64,000 nt of DNA from Candidatus Latescibacterota bacterium (GCA_965248435.1 OZ252100.1:2976001-3040000), one strand, 5' to 3'. Shown: positions 1 through 10,685, counted from the stretch's first letter. Translations and numbers: made by a program. Notes: generated from the sequence alone by a model not told the origin.

Positions 1-222
1 GTACGGTTCGGTTCGTCCTTCCAGTGCCTCGCCTAAAACCGCCTGAGACATGCCGTTGCAATAGAAGGGTGAGGTATCGAAGTAGGTCACCCCGAGGTCG
101 AGAGCGCGACGCACGGTGGCTACGCCATCCTCGAAAGAATGCTTGGTAAGGAACCCGCCGCCCAGTCCCAGAACCGTTGCGCGCTCACCTGTCTTTCCGA
201 GTTGGCGGCTTTCAAGTGCCAT
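1..222 (-). CDS. aldo/keto reductase, N-terminal part (runs off window)
   Basis: Manual translation from ATG at 222: MALESRQLGKTGERATVLGLGGG...ALDLGVTYFDTSPFY; close paralog of the two adjacent AKRs. Confidence 0.85.
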   Translation of the reverse strand, partial: MALESRQLGKTGERATVLGLGGGFLTKHSFEDGVATVRRALDLGVTYFDTSPFYCNGMSQAVLGEALEGRTEPY

Positions 223-233
223 TTCTGTATCCT

Positions 234-1187
234 CTAATCGGCTTCGTGCCAGGGTAATCCCAACGCTTCGACAGCCTGGTGGAGATCCTGAGGCAGGGGA
301 CCTGCCTCTGCGGCGGCAACGTTCTCTTCGATTTCGGCCGGAGTTGTCGCCCCGATCAAGAGGGTCGTAACGTCAGGATCGGCGATGAGGAACCGTATGG
401 CCATGGCCACGAGCGAAAGCCCGCTCTCCTTCTGCAGGTCTAGAAGAGGTCCAACCCGCTCCAGCATTTCGGGGGGAAGCCTCGAGGCGGCCCAATCCGG
501 CCGAACCTGCGCCCGGTGCTCGTAGACGAACGCCCCGCCCAGAATCAGTGCGACCCCGCGGCGGCTTGCTGAGGGCATTAATTTCCTGCGGACCCCCCTG
601 TTGACCAAACTGTAATTGAAGGCACTCAGGCAGGTATCCACCTCAACGTGCGGCAGGACGCGGGCCAGATGGTCCGGATTGTTGCCCGTGATCCCGATAT
701 ACCGACACAGTCTCTGTTCCCTCGCCGCCCTCAGGAACTGCATCGCCGGCGCATCGGCAAAATCGTAGTCGGCTTCCATATCCAAGAAAGTGTCTTCAAC
801 CTCCACATCGGACCAATATCGATGCCAGTCCGCCTCGTGCAGTTGCAGAACGTCGACGCTAGAGCGCCGCAGAAGGCGAAGCCCTTCCTCGAACTGGGCG
901 AACAGCGCGTCTTGCGATCTGAGTCGTTCCGGCCTGGCGGGGCGGCCCACTTTTGTCGCCAGAACGTACTCCTCGGATCGTCCCTCCAGCGCCTCACCAA
1001 GGACAGCCTGAGACATGCCTTTGCCGTAGAAGGGCGAGGTGTCGAAGTAGGTCACGCCAAGCTCGAGGGCGCGGCGCACAGTCGCTACACCCTCAGCGAA
1101 AGAATGTTCAGAAATCATGCCACAGCCCAGTCCCAGAACAGTGACGTGCTCACTTGTCCGCCCCAGTTTACGCTTCTCTAAAGCCAC
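234..1187 (-). CDS. aldo/keto reductase
   Basis: LGLG, GVTYFDTSPFYG, LATKVG, DVLQLHE and IGATTPAEIEEN AKR motifs. Confidence 0.92.
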   Translation of the reverse strand: MALEKRKLGRTSEHVTVLGLGCGMISEHSFAEGVATVRRALELGVTYFDTSPFYGKGMSQAVLGEALEGRSEEYVLATKVGRPARPERLRSQDALFAQFEEGLRLLRRSSVDVLQLHEADWHRYWSDVEVEDTFLDMEADYDFADAPAMQFLRAAREQRLCRYIGITGNNPDHLARVLPHVEVDTCLSAFNYSLVNRGVRRKLMPSASRRGVALILGGAFVYEHRAQVRPDWAASRLPPEMLERVGPLLDLQKESGLSLVAMAIRFLIADPDVTTLLIGATTPAEIEENVAAAEAGPLPQDLHQAVEALGLPWHEAD

Positions 1188-1205
1188 TTTCGGTTCTCCA
1201 TCGTC

Positions 1206-2141
1206 CTAAAGCCATCCCAACGCCTCGACCGCCCGGTACAGGTCCTGGGGCAAAGGCCCAGCTTCCGCGGCGGCAACATCCTCTTCGATCTCAGCGGGCG
1301 TCGACGCCCCGACCAGAATCGTCGTCACGACAGAATCGGCCAGGAGAAATCTCACGGCCAGGGTCACGAGTGAAAGTCCGCACTCCGCCTGAAGTTCGTA
1401 AAGCTGCTCAATACGTGCTTTTCTCTCGGGGCTCATTTTCGAAGAGGCTACCCAGTCCGGACGAACCTCCGCCAGCTTCCCGTTGACAAACACCTGTCCA
1501 AGCATCAAAGCCAGCCCGCGTTCTCTGACTATCGGTATCACCTGGCTCCGGGCCTCGCGTCCGATCACATCATAGTGACACGCGCTCAGGCAGGTGTCCA
1601 CCTCTACGTTATCCAGGACGCGCGCGAGCTGATCCGCACTGTTGCCCGAGATCCCGACGAAGCGACACAACCCTTCAGCCTTCGCCTCTCTCAGCACCTG
1701 TATGATCGGCGCTTCCGCGAAATCGTAATCGGTCTCCAGGTCCAGGACGCGCCCTTCCGACGCGTCGTCCGACCACCAACAGTGCCAGTCCGATTCGTGC
1801 ACCTGCAGGACGTCCACGCTCTTCCGGCGTAACAGCTGGAGACTGTCCTCGAACTGTGTGCGCAGCGCATCACGCGACCGGAAACGGCTCGGAACGGCCA
1901 GGTGACCGATCTTGGTCGCAAGCATATACGAGTCGGATCGCCCCGAGAGTGCATCGCCCAGGATCGCCTGGGACATACCCTCACAATAGAAAGGTGACGT
2001 GTCGAAATAGGTCACCCCGAGCTCGAGGGCTCGACGGACCGTGGCCACCCCGTCGGCGAAAGAATGTTTGTAAAGGCAGGCCCCACCCAACCCGATCACG
2101 GTCGCCAACTCACCCGTCTTCCCGAAGGGCCGGCTTTCCAA
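1206..2141 (-). CDS. aldo/keto reductase
   Basis: Same AKR motifs (FDTSPFY, LATKIG, LQVHE); GGAGG-type RBS upstream. Confidence 0.92.
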   Translation of the reverse strand: MESRPFGKTGELATVIGLGGACLYKHSFADGVATVRRALELGVTYFDTSPFYCEGMSQAILGDALSGRSDSYMLATKIGHLAVPSRFRSRDALRTQFEDSLQLLRRKSVDVLQVHESDWHCWWSDDASEGRVLDLETDYDFAEAPIIQVLREAKAEGLCRFVGISGNSADQLARVLDNVEVDTCLSACHYDVIGREARSQVIPIVRERGLALMLGQVFVNGKLAEVRPDWVASSKMSPERKARIEQLYELQAECGLSLVTLAVRFLLADSVVTTILVGASTPAEIEEDVAAAEAGPLPQDLYRAVEALGWL

Positions 2142-2206
2142 ACATTCCTCCTCCTGATGTTTCGTCTAAAGGGATTCAAGCGAGAATGCAACCGAAAGGT
2201 CCCGGA

Positions 2207-3892
2207 TCACACATAACGTTGGAGGAACCGATCCTCGGCCTCCACATCCCCAATCAGGATCATCTCTCCACCGGCCGGCAGAGGAAGTTCCGGGTTCGGG
2301 TTGATTTCAGTCCTGTCGTCGGTCGTGATGGCCACGATACTGCATCCCGTGCTCTGGGGGATGTCGGCTCCCTCAATCGGTTTGCCGGCGAGCGAGGAGG
2401 GGACCGCGACCTTGAATACATCAAGCCCTTCCGCTACCATCAAAATGTCGCTTCGCTTCAGCAGGTTGAAGATCGCGTTTGCTCCCATCGATGCATAGGA
2501 CATCACGAAGTCCGCCCCGGCCCGATGCAGCGTGGATATGTTTCTCTCCAGCGTGGCCCGGCTGATGATCTGAATATCGGAACGAAGCCGTCGGCAGTAG
2601 AGCGTGAGATAGGTATTGTTGTCATCGTTGTGGGTCGTGATAATGACAGCCGGCGCATCCATGATTCCGGCCTTCTTCAAGACCTCGAATTCCGCCGCGT
2701 TGCCCAGGACGTACTTCTTGGCATCGCGGACGCGGTCCGGCAGGCTCTCCACGATGCGATAATCGATTTTCCGGACCGAGAGCGCCCGCCCTGTGGCGCG
2801 CCCGACTCTCCCTCCACCTATAATGACCACGGGGGCCTCGCTCACGGTGTAATGGCGGAACGCCTCGTCGTATTTCTTCAGCTGCGCTTCGGAGCCGGCC
2901 AGCACCAGCACCGTACTCTGACTGATGCGCGTCCCCGGTCCAGTGGTAGTGAACTGTCCCCGCTCCCAGGCGCCCACGACCCTGATGTTGAAGCTTTCGC
3001 GCAGTCCTGCCTCTCTGAGCGTCTTTCCAACCATCGGCGTTCCCGCCGCGCTCGCTTCGGCGATCAGCAGCTGATCGAACTGGCCGATCACGTGTGCGGC
3101 GGCATCTCCGCAGTTCGTCCGGCGTGCGAGGGACTGCCCCAGCATCTCGCCCAGGTGGATCACGTTCGAACATCCCGCGAGCTCCAGGATGTCTACCGAA
3201 GCCGGATCGTTCGCCGTGGCGATAATGGGCACCTTGTTGGACAACCCCTGCACCGTAAAGGCCACGTGGGTGTTCACCATATCGTCAGAGGTGGTTGCCA
3301 CGAGCGCGGCCCGCTCTACCCTTATCTTGTGGTAGGTATCCGGGTGGTCCAGTCCGCCCACGACCACCCTCAGACCGAGATCGTAGAGGCGAAGCGCCTC
3401 CTGCAGATCCGGAACCAGCAGCACGTAAGGATAGTGGTACTGGACCAGTTTGTGGATCAGGGCGGAGGTGACCTCGTCGTAGTGGGTCAAAACGACGTGG
3501 CCGCTCGTTGCCGGAGGCAACTCGCGAGGGGCACGCGACGCAGATTGGGCCTCCATCCAGGGTTCATAGAAAAACTCGATGAAGGTGAACGGAAGCAGGA
3601 CGAGCAGGAACACCATCCCGGACAGGAGCACAAACATCGAAAAGATCCTGCCCAGATCCGTCGAGAACGTGATATCCCCCAACCCGAGGGTGGACATAAC
3701 GGTCAGTGCCCAGTAGAATCCAGTAACCCACGTGTATTCTTTGCCTTCCCGCGCCATCAAGTAGTGAAAGATCACGCTGTAGGTCGTAACCATCATCGCC
3801 AGGACCAGGAAGAACTTCAAGAGCAGCACGACATTTCTCCGGCTTGCGCGGTTCCGAACCAGGTAGATGACCTGTGAAACGAAAAATCTCAT
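2207..3892 (-). CDS. potassium channel with tandem TrkA-N/TrkA-C (RCK) domains
   Basis: TVMSTLGLGD pore filter, two TM helices, IIGGGRVG Rossmann motif, two RCK pairs. Confidence 0.9.
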   Translation of the reverse strand: MRFFVSQVIYLVRNRASRRNVVLLLKFFLVLAMMVTTYSVIFHYLMAREGKEYTWVTGFYWALTVMSTLGLGDITFSTDLGRIFSMFVLLSGMVFLLVLLPFTFIEFFYEPWMEAQSASRAPRELPPATSGHVVLTHYDEVTSALIHKLVQYHYPYVLLVPDLQEALRLYDLGLRVVVGGLDHPDTYHKIRVERAALVATTSDDMVNTHVAFTVQGLSNKVPIIATANDPASVDILELAGCSNVIHLGEMLGQSLARRTNCGDAAAHVIGQFDQLLIAEASAAGTPMVGKTLREAGLRESFNIRVVGAWERGQFTTTGPGTRISQSTVLVLAGSEAQLKKYDEAFRHYTVSEAPVVIIGGGRVGRATGRALSVRKIDYRIVESLPDRVRDAKKYVLGNAAEFEVLKKAGIMDAPAVIITTHNDDNNTYLTLYCRRLRSDIQIISRATLERNISTLHRAGADFVMSYASMGANAIFNLLKRSDILMVAEGLDVFKVAVPSSLAGKPIEGADIPQSTGCSIVAITTDDRTEINPNPELPLPAGGEMILIGDVEAEDRFLQRYV

Positions 3893-4141
3893 ACGATCCT
3901 CCACTAACCTGTCGCGTCACTCCGAATCGACGAAGAATGTGGTCCTTCTCTGCGCCTCTCGACCTGGAGACCGGAGCCCCTCTCTTCGCCCCGAAAAGAT
4001 GGTGTGTTCTCCAATCCTCAATCCGAAGTTCCAGCTCCCTCTCCGCTCCCAGGCATCCCTCTCACTCCCAACGGCGGTAGGAGTGGTTACACCCCACTCG
4101 TATCTTTCCGTGTCCTTACGGGTTCTGCCTCGCTTCCGCGA

Positions 4142-6375
4142 CTAACCCTGCTGGCTGATCATGACGACCGCGCAGTCCGTGTTGCGCGCGACATCGACAG
4201 ACACTTCACCAAAGCCTTTGTTTCGACGGCCGAACCGTTGAAGCCCAAGAATGATCAGATCACTCTTCGCCGCACGAAGCGAAAGCTCGTTCGCGATCTC
4301 ATTGCTTAAAATCACCTCGACCTGGGAATGACCCGATACCTTGTCCCGAGCGAGCCGATCCAGTTCCCGCTTCGCCCTGTTTCTTTCTTTCTGGGTTACA
4401 CGTTCAGGTAAGACGCGCAAGAAGGAGACATCGCGCCCACCCGTTCGACATAGGCTTCCGAGGAAACGGGCACGCAGCTGGTCATGGGTGCCGTGGCCTC
4501 CGATCGGAACAAGGACCCTCCGAACCTGCGAGAGGTCCCAGCCCGGTCGGGCCCGCAAGATAGAAACATCACAATCGACCGAACTGATCAGTTCTTCGAG
4601 GTGAGTGCCCATGAACTCCTCAGCGAGATCGCTGAACCCGAGCAAAAGGCTCTCGCATCGGTGGACCCGGGAGACCCTGCCGATCTCGGACCAGGGGAGT
4701 GGAGCAACCGTAATCAGAGCCTCCGGAGACAGACCCGCGGAAAAGGAAGCAATCAGACTCTCGCGCAGTACAGCTTCGGCATCCAGCAGCTGAGGCGGAC
4801 TCTCCCCGGCGCGCCAGGACTCCGGAGTCGCGACGACCGAAAGCAGAAGGACCCGTCCCACGCCCGGAGGCGTGAGGGCATTTGCCACGCCCACCATCGC
4901 CGCCGCATTCGCAGGGTTGGCGATGGGCACCAGAACAAGCGGGCTGCGGCCGCGCAGTCGTACCAGCTGCGGATCGGTCGCTTCGGCTGCCGCATCGACC
5001 ACTCGGGCGCGATCCCCGAAAAGGAAAAGGAAAAGAATGCCACCTAGGGTCAGCCACACGCTTGTGATCAGCCCTGCGACAGGTACTGTGAACCCTGAAA
5101 AATTGCGAGCGATGTGCATGACACGACCCCGGTCACAGGAAGGAGCGGAAACCACGGTCCCCGAAAAGCCGTTTGTTGAGAACTGCCCCGTTGTCGCAGG
5201 CGTGTCAGGATGCACGTCCAATGCGCCAGCGCGAAGGAGATCAGGAAGATGAGACTCGCCGCAGCCCCCGCGGCGGCGATGTCGGGTATCACGATCAGGA
5301 TGATTGCGACAAAACCAGCGCTTATCGAGATAGCTGCAGTCGGCGTGCCGCGATGTTGACCGATTTGCCCAAAAAACGGAGGAAGGGTGCGGTCGCGAGC
5401 CATGGCGAGTGCCACCCGCAAAGCAGCCAGAAGGTTCGCGTAAAGGGCGGAAAGCATGGAAAGGACCGCCGCGACCATCACAAGCCAGAAACCGAGTGGA
5501 CCGAGGAAATTTTCTGCCGCCACGGCGATGAGGGTCTCTGGATGCTCGGCGCTCATCTCCACGATGGATTGTCCGGGCTGCACGCCAACCGCAGGGATGA
5601 AGAATAGGAGCGGAAGGTAGATGGCTAATGCGATACCCAGCGACCCAAACATCGCCCGTGGAAGTACGCGCCCGGGATCCCGGACCTCTCCGGCGACAGC
5701 GGCAATGAGATCGTAGCCCTGCAGCGCGATAAACGTGAACCCCATGGCCTGAATCACCCCCACCGCACCACCGGGGAAGAATGGGCTCAGGTTCGTACTC
5801 ACCGTGGTGAGGGAACGCGTGCTGAGTGCCCACACGCCCCCACAGATAAGCACGACAAACACGATGACCTTGCCAGCGGTCGCCCACTGTCCGCCGCCCG
5901 TGCTCTTTCGAAACAAGCTGAACGTGTAGAAGGCGGTTGCTCCGAGGGCCAGGAGGATCACTGTCGGGCGCGATGTGAGCCAAGGCGGCGATTCGCCGAG
6001 AACGACTCGCCAGAGCTCCTCGACCACGACAACGCCATAGGCAGCAAAACCCAAGGCGTAAAGTACAGCGGCTACAATGGAGGCAAACCAGACCACCCAA
6101 CCCACCGCGAAGGCAGCTTGTATGGTCAATACCCTTCTCGCGAAAACGTAAGACCCCCCCGATTCGGGAAACGCGGTCGACACCTCCGCGAAGCTGAATA
6201 CAGTCAGGAGCGCGATGAGTCCATTCAACGCAAACGCGACCACAGCGCCAGGTCCCGTGGTCGCGTAAGCCACGCCCGCAAGCGCGAGAATGCCGCCTCC
6301 AACAATCGCGCCGACCCCGACGCCCGTTGCTCCGAGTAGGCCGAGCGAACGTCCGACTTGCGAATCCGTGCTCAT
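4142..6375 (-). CDS. APC amino-acid permease fused to universal-stress (USP) domains; one frameshift at about 5094
   Basis: ORF 5068..6375 has GAIVGGGI, ESGGSY and GEVRDP; ORF 4142.. continues with FTVPVAG...LVPIANP USP domains; adding one base to the C3 run at 5093-5095 joins them. Confidence 0.8.
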
Positions 6376-6420
6376 TCAAGCCTCTGATGCTGTTTCTCTC
6401 TCGTGGCGATAATGATGCCC

Positions 6421-6456
6421 GCCGACGAACAACGATCCACGAACGACGATTCACGG
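6421..6456. repeat. heptamer-periodic intergenic repeat (ACGATCC/ACGAACG)
   Basis: Related copies at 10651-10682 and 20497-20525, and as reverse complement near 48895-48918. Confidence 0.7.
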
Positions 6457-6556
6457 CTATCGCCACTCGTCAATCAGCGCACTCCCGGCATAATCGCTGC
6501 CCATGATTCGCCAGTAGCCATTCGTCTCTCCCCCCACGATCACCACGTGGATTTTG
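6457..6556 (-). repeat. 100-bp direct repeat: displaced 3' end of the UGSC gene (copy of 8974..9073)
   Basis: 94/100 identical by hand alignment; encodes KIHVVIVGGETNGYWRIMGSDYAGSALIDEWR-stop. Confidence 0.92.
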
Positions 6557-6626
6557 AGAAAAATTTAGAGAATTCCGCGCAAGGGTGGCATTCCAATTGC
6601 ACGTTTAAGGTCGAGGAGCCAGAGAC

Positions 6627-6944
6627 ATGCTAAGGCGTCTATTGAATTACGATGGAAATCTGCAGATAGTCTTCAACCTGTTTGAGGCAGCCTACGGTGG
6701 CTTGGCCATCGTGGTCAATACGCTCGTTGACAGGGATGCTGACGTCAACGAACAAGACGCCTACGGATGGACTCCCCTCATGTATGCAGCATACGCCGGA
6801 CACACCGAGGTGGTCAAAGTTTTGCTCGAGGCGGGTGCCGAAACGAACCTAAGGAGCAAATTTGGAAAAACGGCCTATGACTGGGCGCTTCAGGCTGAAC
6901 ACTTTGAAATCGCCACATTGCTCAGGCCATCTAACGTTAAGTAA
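6627..6944 (+). CDS. ankyrin repeat protein
   Basis: GWTPLMYAAYAGHTEVVKVLLEAGA and GKTAYDWA ankyrin consensus. Confidence 0.85.
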   Translation: MLRRLLNYDGNLQIVFNLFEAAYGGLAIVVNTLVDRDADVNEQDAYGWTPLMYAAYAGHTEVVKVLLEAGAETNLRSKFGKTAYDWALQAEHFEIATLLRPSNVK

Positions 6945-6953
6945 GAATTCCCG

Positions 6954-7736
6954 TTACGCTGCTTCATCGGTCAAATAAAGCGCGTGATAGGGCTCTTTAG
7001 GGAGATAACCTAACTTTTCCGCAAGCCCACAAGATATGGGATTGTGAGCATCCCAGTTTGGACTTATCCCATGTTCTAAACAGAATTCGATGAGCGCTGC
7101 AGAAACTGCGGTCGCCAACCCCTTTCTTTGATACTCTTCATTTGTATTTACTTGGATTTCGATGGAATTCTTGAATGCCGCAGCGGAAGTGGCCCCGGAA
7201 ACGACCCGGTGGCCTGATAGCGCGCAAAATCCGATACCCCGGTTAAAGAAATCCTCTGACGATTCAAATGAGTAAGAGGGGATCAAGTTTGGGTTTACTT
7301 CCTCAATCATCTGATCCCCTAGCTCTTGGTCAATGCGTTCTATATGAAAGCCAGCGGGTGATTGAACGATCAGATTCTGGATGTGACGAATATCGACTCT
7401 TTCACACGAATATGGGAATCGCATAGAAGTCTCGATCCCAGTCTTATGCACACCAAATATGATTTCTCTCCAATGTTCACAGCCGATCAAGAAGCAATAA
7501 GTGGGCAACTGTTGCACAAGTTGCCTTGCGATTGGGTGGCGAGAATCGCCGCCAAGAAATGTGAAGGACCCCAATTTCACATACGCAGCTTGCGGATCCG
7601 ATAAGTCATCCACTACTGCAGAGCCACAACGTCCTTCAAGAGTAGAATCAATGAATGTTCGGAGGTTCCGATGTCCTGCAAACAGCGAGCTAAGGATGTG
7701 CCTTTCGCTTGGCGCAACTTTGACCAAAGTAGTCAC
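6954..7736 (-). CDS. GNAT-family acetyltransferase
   Basis: EIQVNTNEEYQRKGLAT acetyl-CoA motif and WDAHNPISCGLAEKLGY. Confidence 0.85.
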   Translation of the reverse strand: MTTLVKVAPSERHILSSLFAGHRNLRTFIDSTLEGRCGSAVVDDLSDPQAAYVKLGSFTFLGGDSRHPIARQLVQQLPTYCFLIGCEHWREIIFGVHKTGIETSMRFPYSCERVDIRHIQNLIVQSPAGFHIERIDQELGDQMIEEVNPNLIPSYSFESSEDFFNRGIGFCALSGHRVVSGATSAAAFKNSIEIQVNTNEEYQRKGLATAVSAALIEFCLEHGISPNWDAHNPISCGLAEKLGYLPKEPYHALYLTDEAA

Positions 7737-7793
7737 CGCATGGAATCCCGAGTATGTTCCTCCGGACGTAAATTTGTCAGACGTCTTCCAACC

Positions 7794-8942
7794 CTAATCT
7801 TCTTTGATAAGCTCCTCAAGCTTCTGGACTTGTAGTTCTCCAAGAATTTCTTCCGATTTCTCCAACAAATGTTTGCTAAACCTCCCAATCTCGCCATCCC
7901 AGTCGTTAGCTGACATGTTTAATAAGTTTCCGTCCCACGATTCCAGGTCTGTGTATAGGTTTTCCTCCTTTTCACGTGTCATGCTCTCATTGTAGCCTCT
8001 TTCAGTCAAAGTTTTCCACCATCCCGAACTCTTGGGACCCACAAGTGCGATTGACAGATTTCCCTTGTAATCACCACACTCCAAGCGAACCTTGGTGTAG
8101 TTCTCCTTCTGTTTCAGCCAACATTTCGGTGAGAGCGTCAACCACCCCTTTCCAGAATGTGCCTGATAGGCATTTTCCTCTTGGTTAATCACCGATGCCG
8201 TCTCTTCTAAGAATGCAGGCACAGGCGGTCCATAGTATGCTATGAGATCTATCGCTTCTTGGTGTGTGCGGTAGACAGTCCTGCAGATTGCTTTTAACTC
8301 CTCATTAATTGGTTCCATTTGTCTTAGCCACTCCATGAAATCGTTCACAAGAAGCTCAGTACGGCCTGCAAATACGAAGCTCTCGCGTACTTTGTCAAAG
8401 TGACGACGCAGGTCCGAAAACGAAATGGGTATGAACTTTTTGCTTTTCGGTTTGTACCCATCGGGAGTTAGGAAGCAGGGAATTACGAAGTCGTAGTGAC
8501 CCTTCACGCTGCACTTCAGGTACTTAGCGTAATTCGGTGTCTGCTGGCGACCCTCTGGGGCGTAAAGCTTGACTTCGATGAATAAATAAAGGCTGTGCGC
8601 GATGGAGACAATTAGGTCTGCTCTGCCATAATCTGGACCCAAATCCAATTCTCGGTAGACGAATGCTTGATCTAAAGGTAGTTGCTCTATTTGCAGACGA
8701 GAGCTAGAGTTGCTCTTCTTCAACACAGCTAAGTGAAGAAACTGCCGCAGAAATTCCGGGCCCGCACCATGACTCTCATTCGGATCAAGGAAGTAACGAA
8801 GAGTTCCAGAGAAGGTAAGTTCGTCTGTTTCCCGCGAGATGATTTTGAACAGGTGTTGCTTGCGACCGCTGATATACTCTTTTACCTTCTCGAACTGGAA
8901 ATCCCCATAGATGAGTTTCTCGATATCTTCTATGTGTCCCAT
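7794..8942 (-). CDS. PD-(D/E)XK nuclease superfamily protein (PDDEXK_4-like)
   Basis: S..L.YFLDPNESHG, RADLIV and FIEVKLYA motifs, FLTPDG; likely start MGHIED at 8942. Confidence 0.8.
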   Translation of the reverse strand: MGHIEDIEKLIYGDFQFEKVKEYISGRKQHLFKIISRETDELTFSGTLRYFLDPNESHGAGPEFLRQFLHLAVLKKSNSSSRLQIEQLPLDQAFVYRELDLGPDYGRADLIVSIAHSLYLFIEVKLYAPEGRQQTPNYAKYLKCSVKGHYDFVIPCFLTPDGYKPKSKKFIPISFSDLRRHFDKVRESFVFAGRTELLVNDFMEWLRQMEPINEELKAICRTVYRTHQEAIDLIAYYGPPVPAFLEETASVINQEENAYQAHSGKGWLTLSPKCWLKQKENYTKVRLECGDYKGNLSIALVGPKSSGWWKTLTERGYNESMTREKEENLYTDLESWDGNLLNMSANDWDGEIGRFSKHLLEKSEEILGELQVQKLEELIKED

Positions 8943-8973
8943 CACACTTAATTCCTTCCCTGCGTTTCTTCTG

Positions 8974-10620
8974 CTATCGCCACTCGTCAATCAGGGCACT
9001 CCCGGCATAATCGCTGCCCATGATTCGCCAGTAGCCATTCGTCTCTCCCCCCACAACGACGACGTGGATCTTGTCTTTGGGAAAGATCGGAATCAACGCG
9101 TCTTCTTCCGCCTCGAGCATTGTGGCGTATGGCTCGACACCGTTGATCGCCTGTGGGTGGATGTAGTTCTGCACAAGCTGATAGTCCCAGAAGACCCCGG
9201 CCGGGAGGGTGGCCGCGTCGTGCACCCATTCGATCAGCTTCTCCTTCGTGTCAAAGCCGCCGCGTTCGACGAATTGTCTGGCAACAATCGGGTCCAGGAT
9301 CAACACGGGCGGATTCAGCGGGTTTTCTCCTCGCAGCAGGTTCTGAACGTGCTCGCGCCAGTGTGTCTCCCTCAAGCCGAGAAGGAATGAGGTCGACCTA
9401 CAGCCCTGGAAAATGCTGACGACGCTGCTCTCCGTTTCGAACCCCTGCTGAACGTGGAACGGATCCCAGGGGCTCCGCTCCTCATTCTCGGCGAAGGTGA
9501 CACTGTTATACGCGTAGTTGTTGCCCTGCGAGCCCATATACGTCTTGCCAGGTTCCGATCCACCCTGGAGATTTTGGGACAACAGACTGTATGCCCGCCC
9601 GATCGTCGCGTTCGCGTGGTTATACGGACCCATCGCCCCAGTCCCCCAGTTCATTTCAATCTCGCGGCGTATCGGACCGTTGATCACCAGCATCGCGGCC
9701 GCGGAACTCGTCGTGCTGTGCCTGGCCGTGACGCCGGTCGATGCTACCGCCAGGATCACGGGAAGGTACTCAGGTCTGGCGCCCGCCATAACCGCGTTCA
9801 CGGCAACCTTCTCCACCGTGTACTCCCACGCCTCCCGCGTCAACGTCGGCCGCATCTTTCCGACGACTTCATCCGGTTCGCGACTTGTCCCGGACAGCAT
9901 CTCCGTGACACGCTGCTCGGTGGGCAGGACGATCGGGAGCCGGTCGGTCCATTCGTTTTCCAGGAAGAGTCGGTGCAGATTCTCCTCCGTGTCCGGCTCC
10001 AGCAGACGCGGTGCGGACCGATCAAAATCGCCCGCAGACAAATCTTCTTCGCTGAGCGGAAGGGTCAGTGCATCGATGACCTCCTGCATCACGGGCTCGC
10101 CCGTGACCACATCGTTTCCGTCGACATAGGCCCGCAGCTCCGCGGGCGATTTGCCCATGACCGGTTGAGGAACGAACACGAACCGCTGATGAGGCATGCC
10201 CTTGGCGAAGGCGTACTGCCTCACCAGGTCCTTGAACGATTCCGTCTGTATGGAAGCTGTCGGGACCCCATATTCACTTTCCAGCGTAATGCAATGCTCG
10301 GCGACCACCGGCGCACACGTGCTTCAGTGGCCAACGGCAACGACCGCCGCATCCCCTCTGTCCCGAATTTCGCCGAAGAGCTCGGGATCCTTCTCGGTAT
10401 ACACCCCGGACTTTCTCCTGACCTCCGTCTTCACAGCGGGCATGTGCTCTGAGAACCACGCCTCCATTTGCTGTATCAGGATATCCCCGTCATCGAACCT
10501 GCAGTCCAGGAGATAGACCGTCTTCCCCTCCAGACCCTCGGGACGGGGCGCCATGCCTGCCCGCGTAATTTGCGGCGGAAAACCCATCGGGTTCAGCACG
10601 GTCATCTTTTCACCTGCCAT
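8974..10620 (-). CDS. UGSC-family selenoprotein (USTC motif) with long C-terminal domain, about 548 aa by UGA readthrough
   Basis: ORF 10324..10638 ends AVGH-TGA and continues in frame STCAP-VVAEHC into ORF 8974..10308; GGAGG RBS before ATG 10620. Confidence 0.82.
10292..10323 (-). promoter_or_regulatory. putative bacterial SECIS hairpin
   Basis: After UGA: AGCACGU-GUGC-GC-CGGU-GGUC-GCCG-A-GCAU; apical loop starts with G 17 nt after the UGA. Confidence 0.6.
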
Positions 10621-10685
10621 AACGCGCCTCCTTTGCATGTAACCGCCTGCGAACGACGATCAACGATCCACGCTACTCACGGTTT

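Larger units (their letters stand above)
6557..8973. mobile_element. AT-rich genomic islet bounded by 100-bp direct repeats, no integrase
   Basis: Flanking repeats 6457-6556 and 8974-9073; visibly more AT-rich than flanks; cargo of ankyrin, GNAT and nuclease genes. Confidence 0.7.

Noticed and set aside
1856-3877. 673-aa plus-strand ORF
   Set aside because: Antisense shadow of the K+ channel gene; no recognisable motifs.
5090-6466. N-terminal part of the 774-aa ORF 4142..6466
   Set aside because: Arg-rich off-frame translation; the real frame here is the permease 5068..6375.
6557-8973. Integron cassette array
   Set aside because: No attC-like RYYYAAC...GTTRRRY pairs identified between genes, mixed orientation and no intI.
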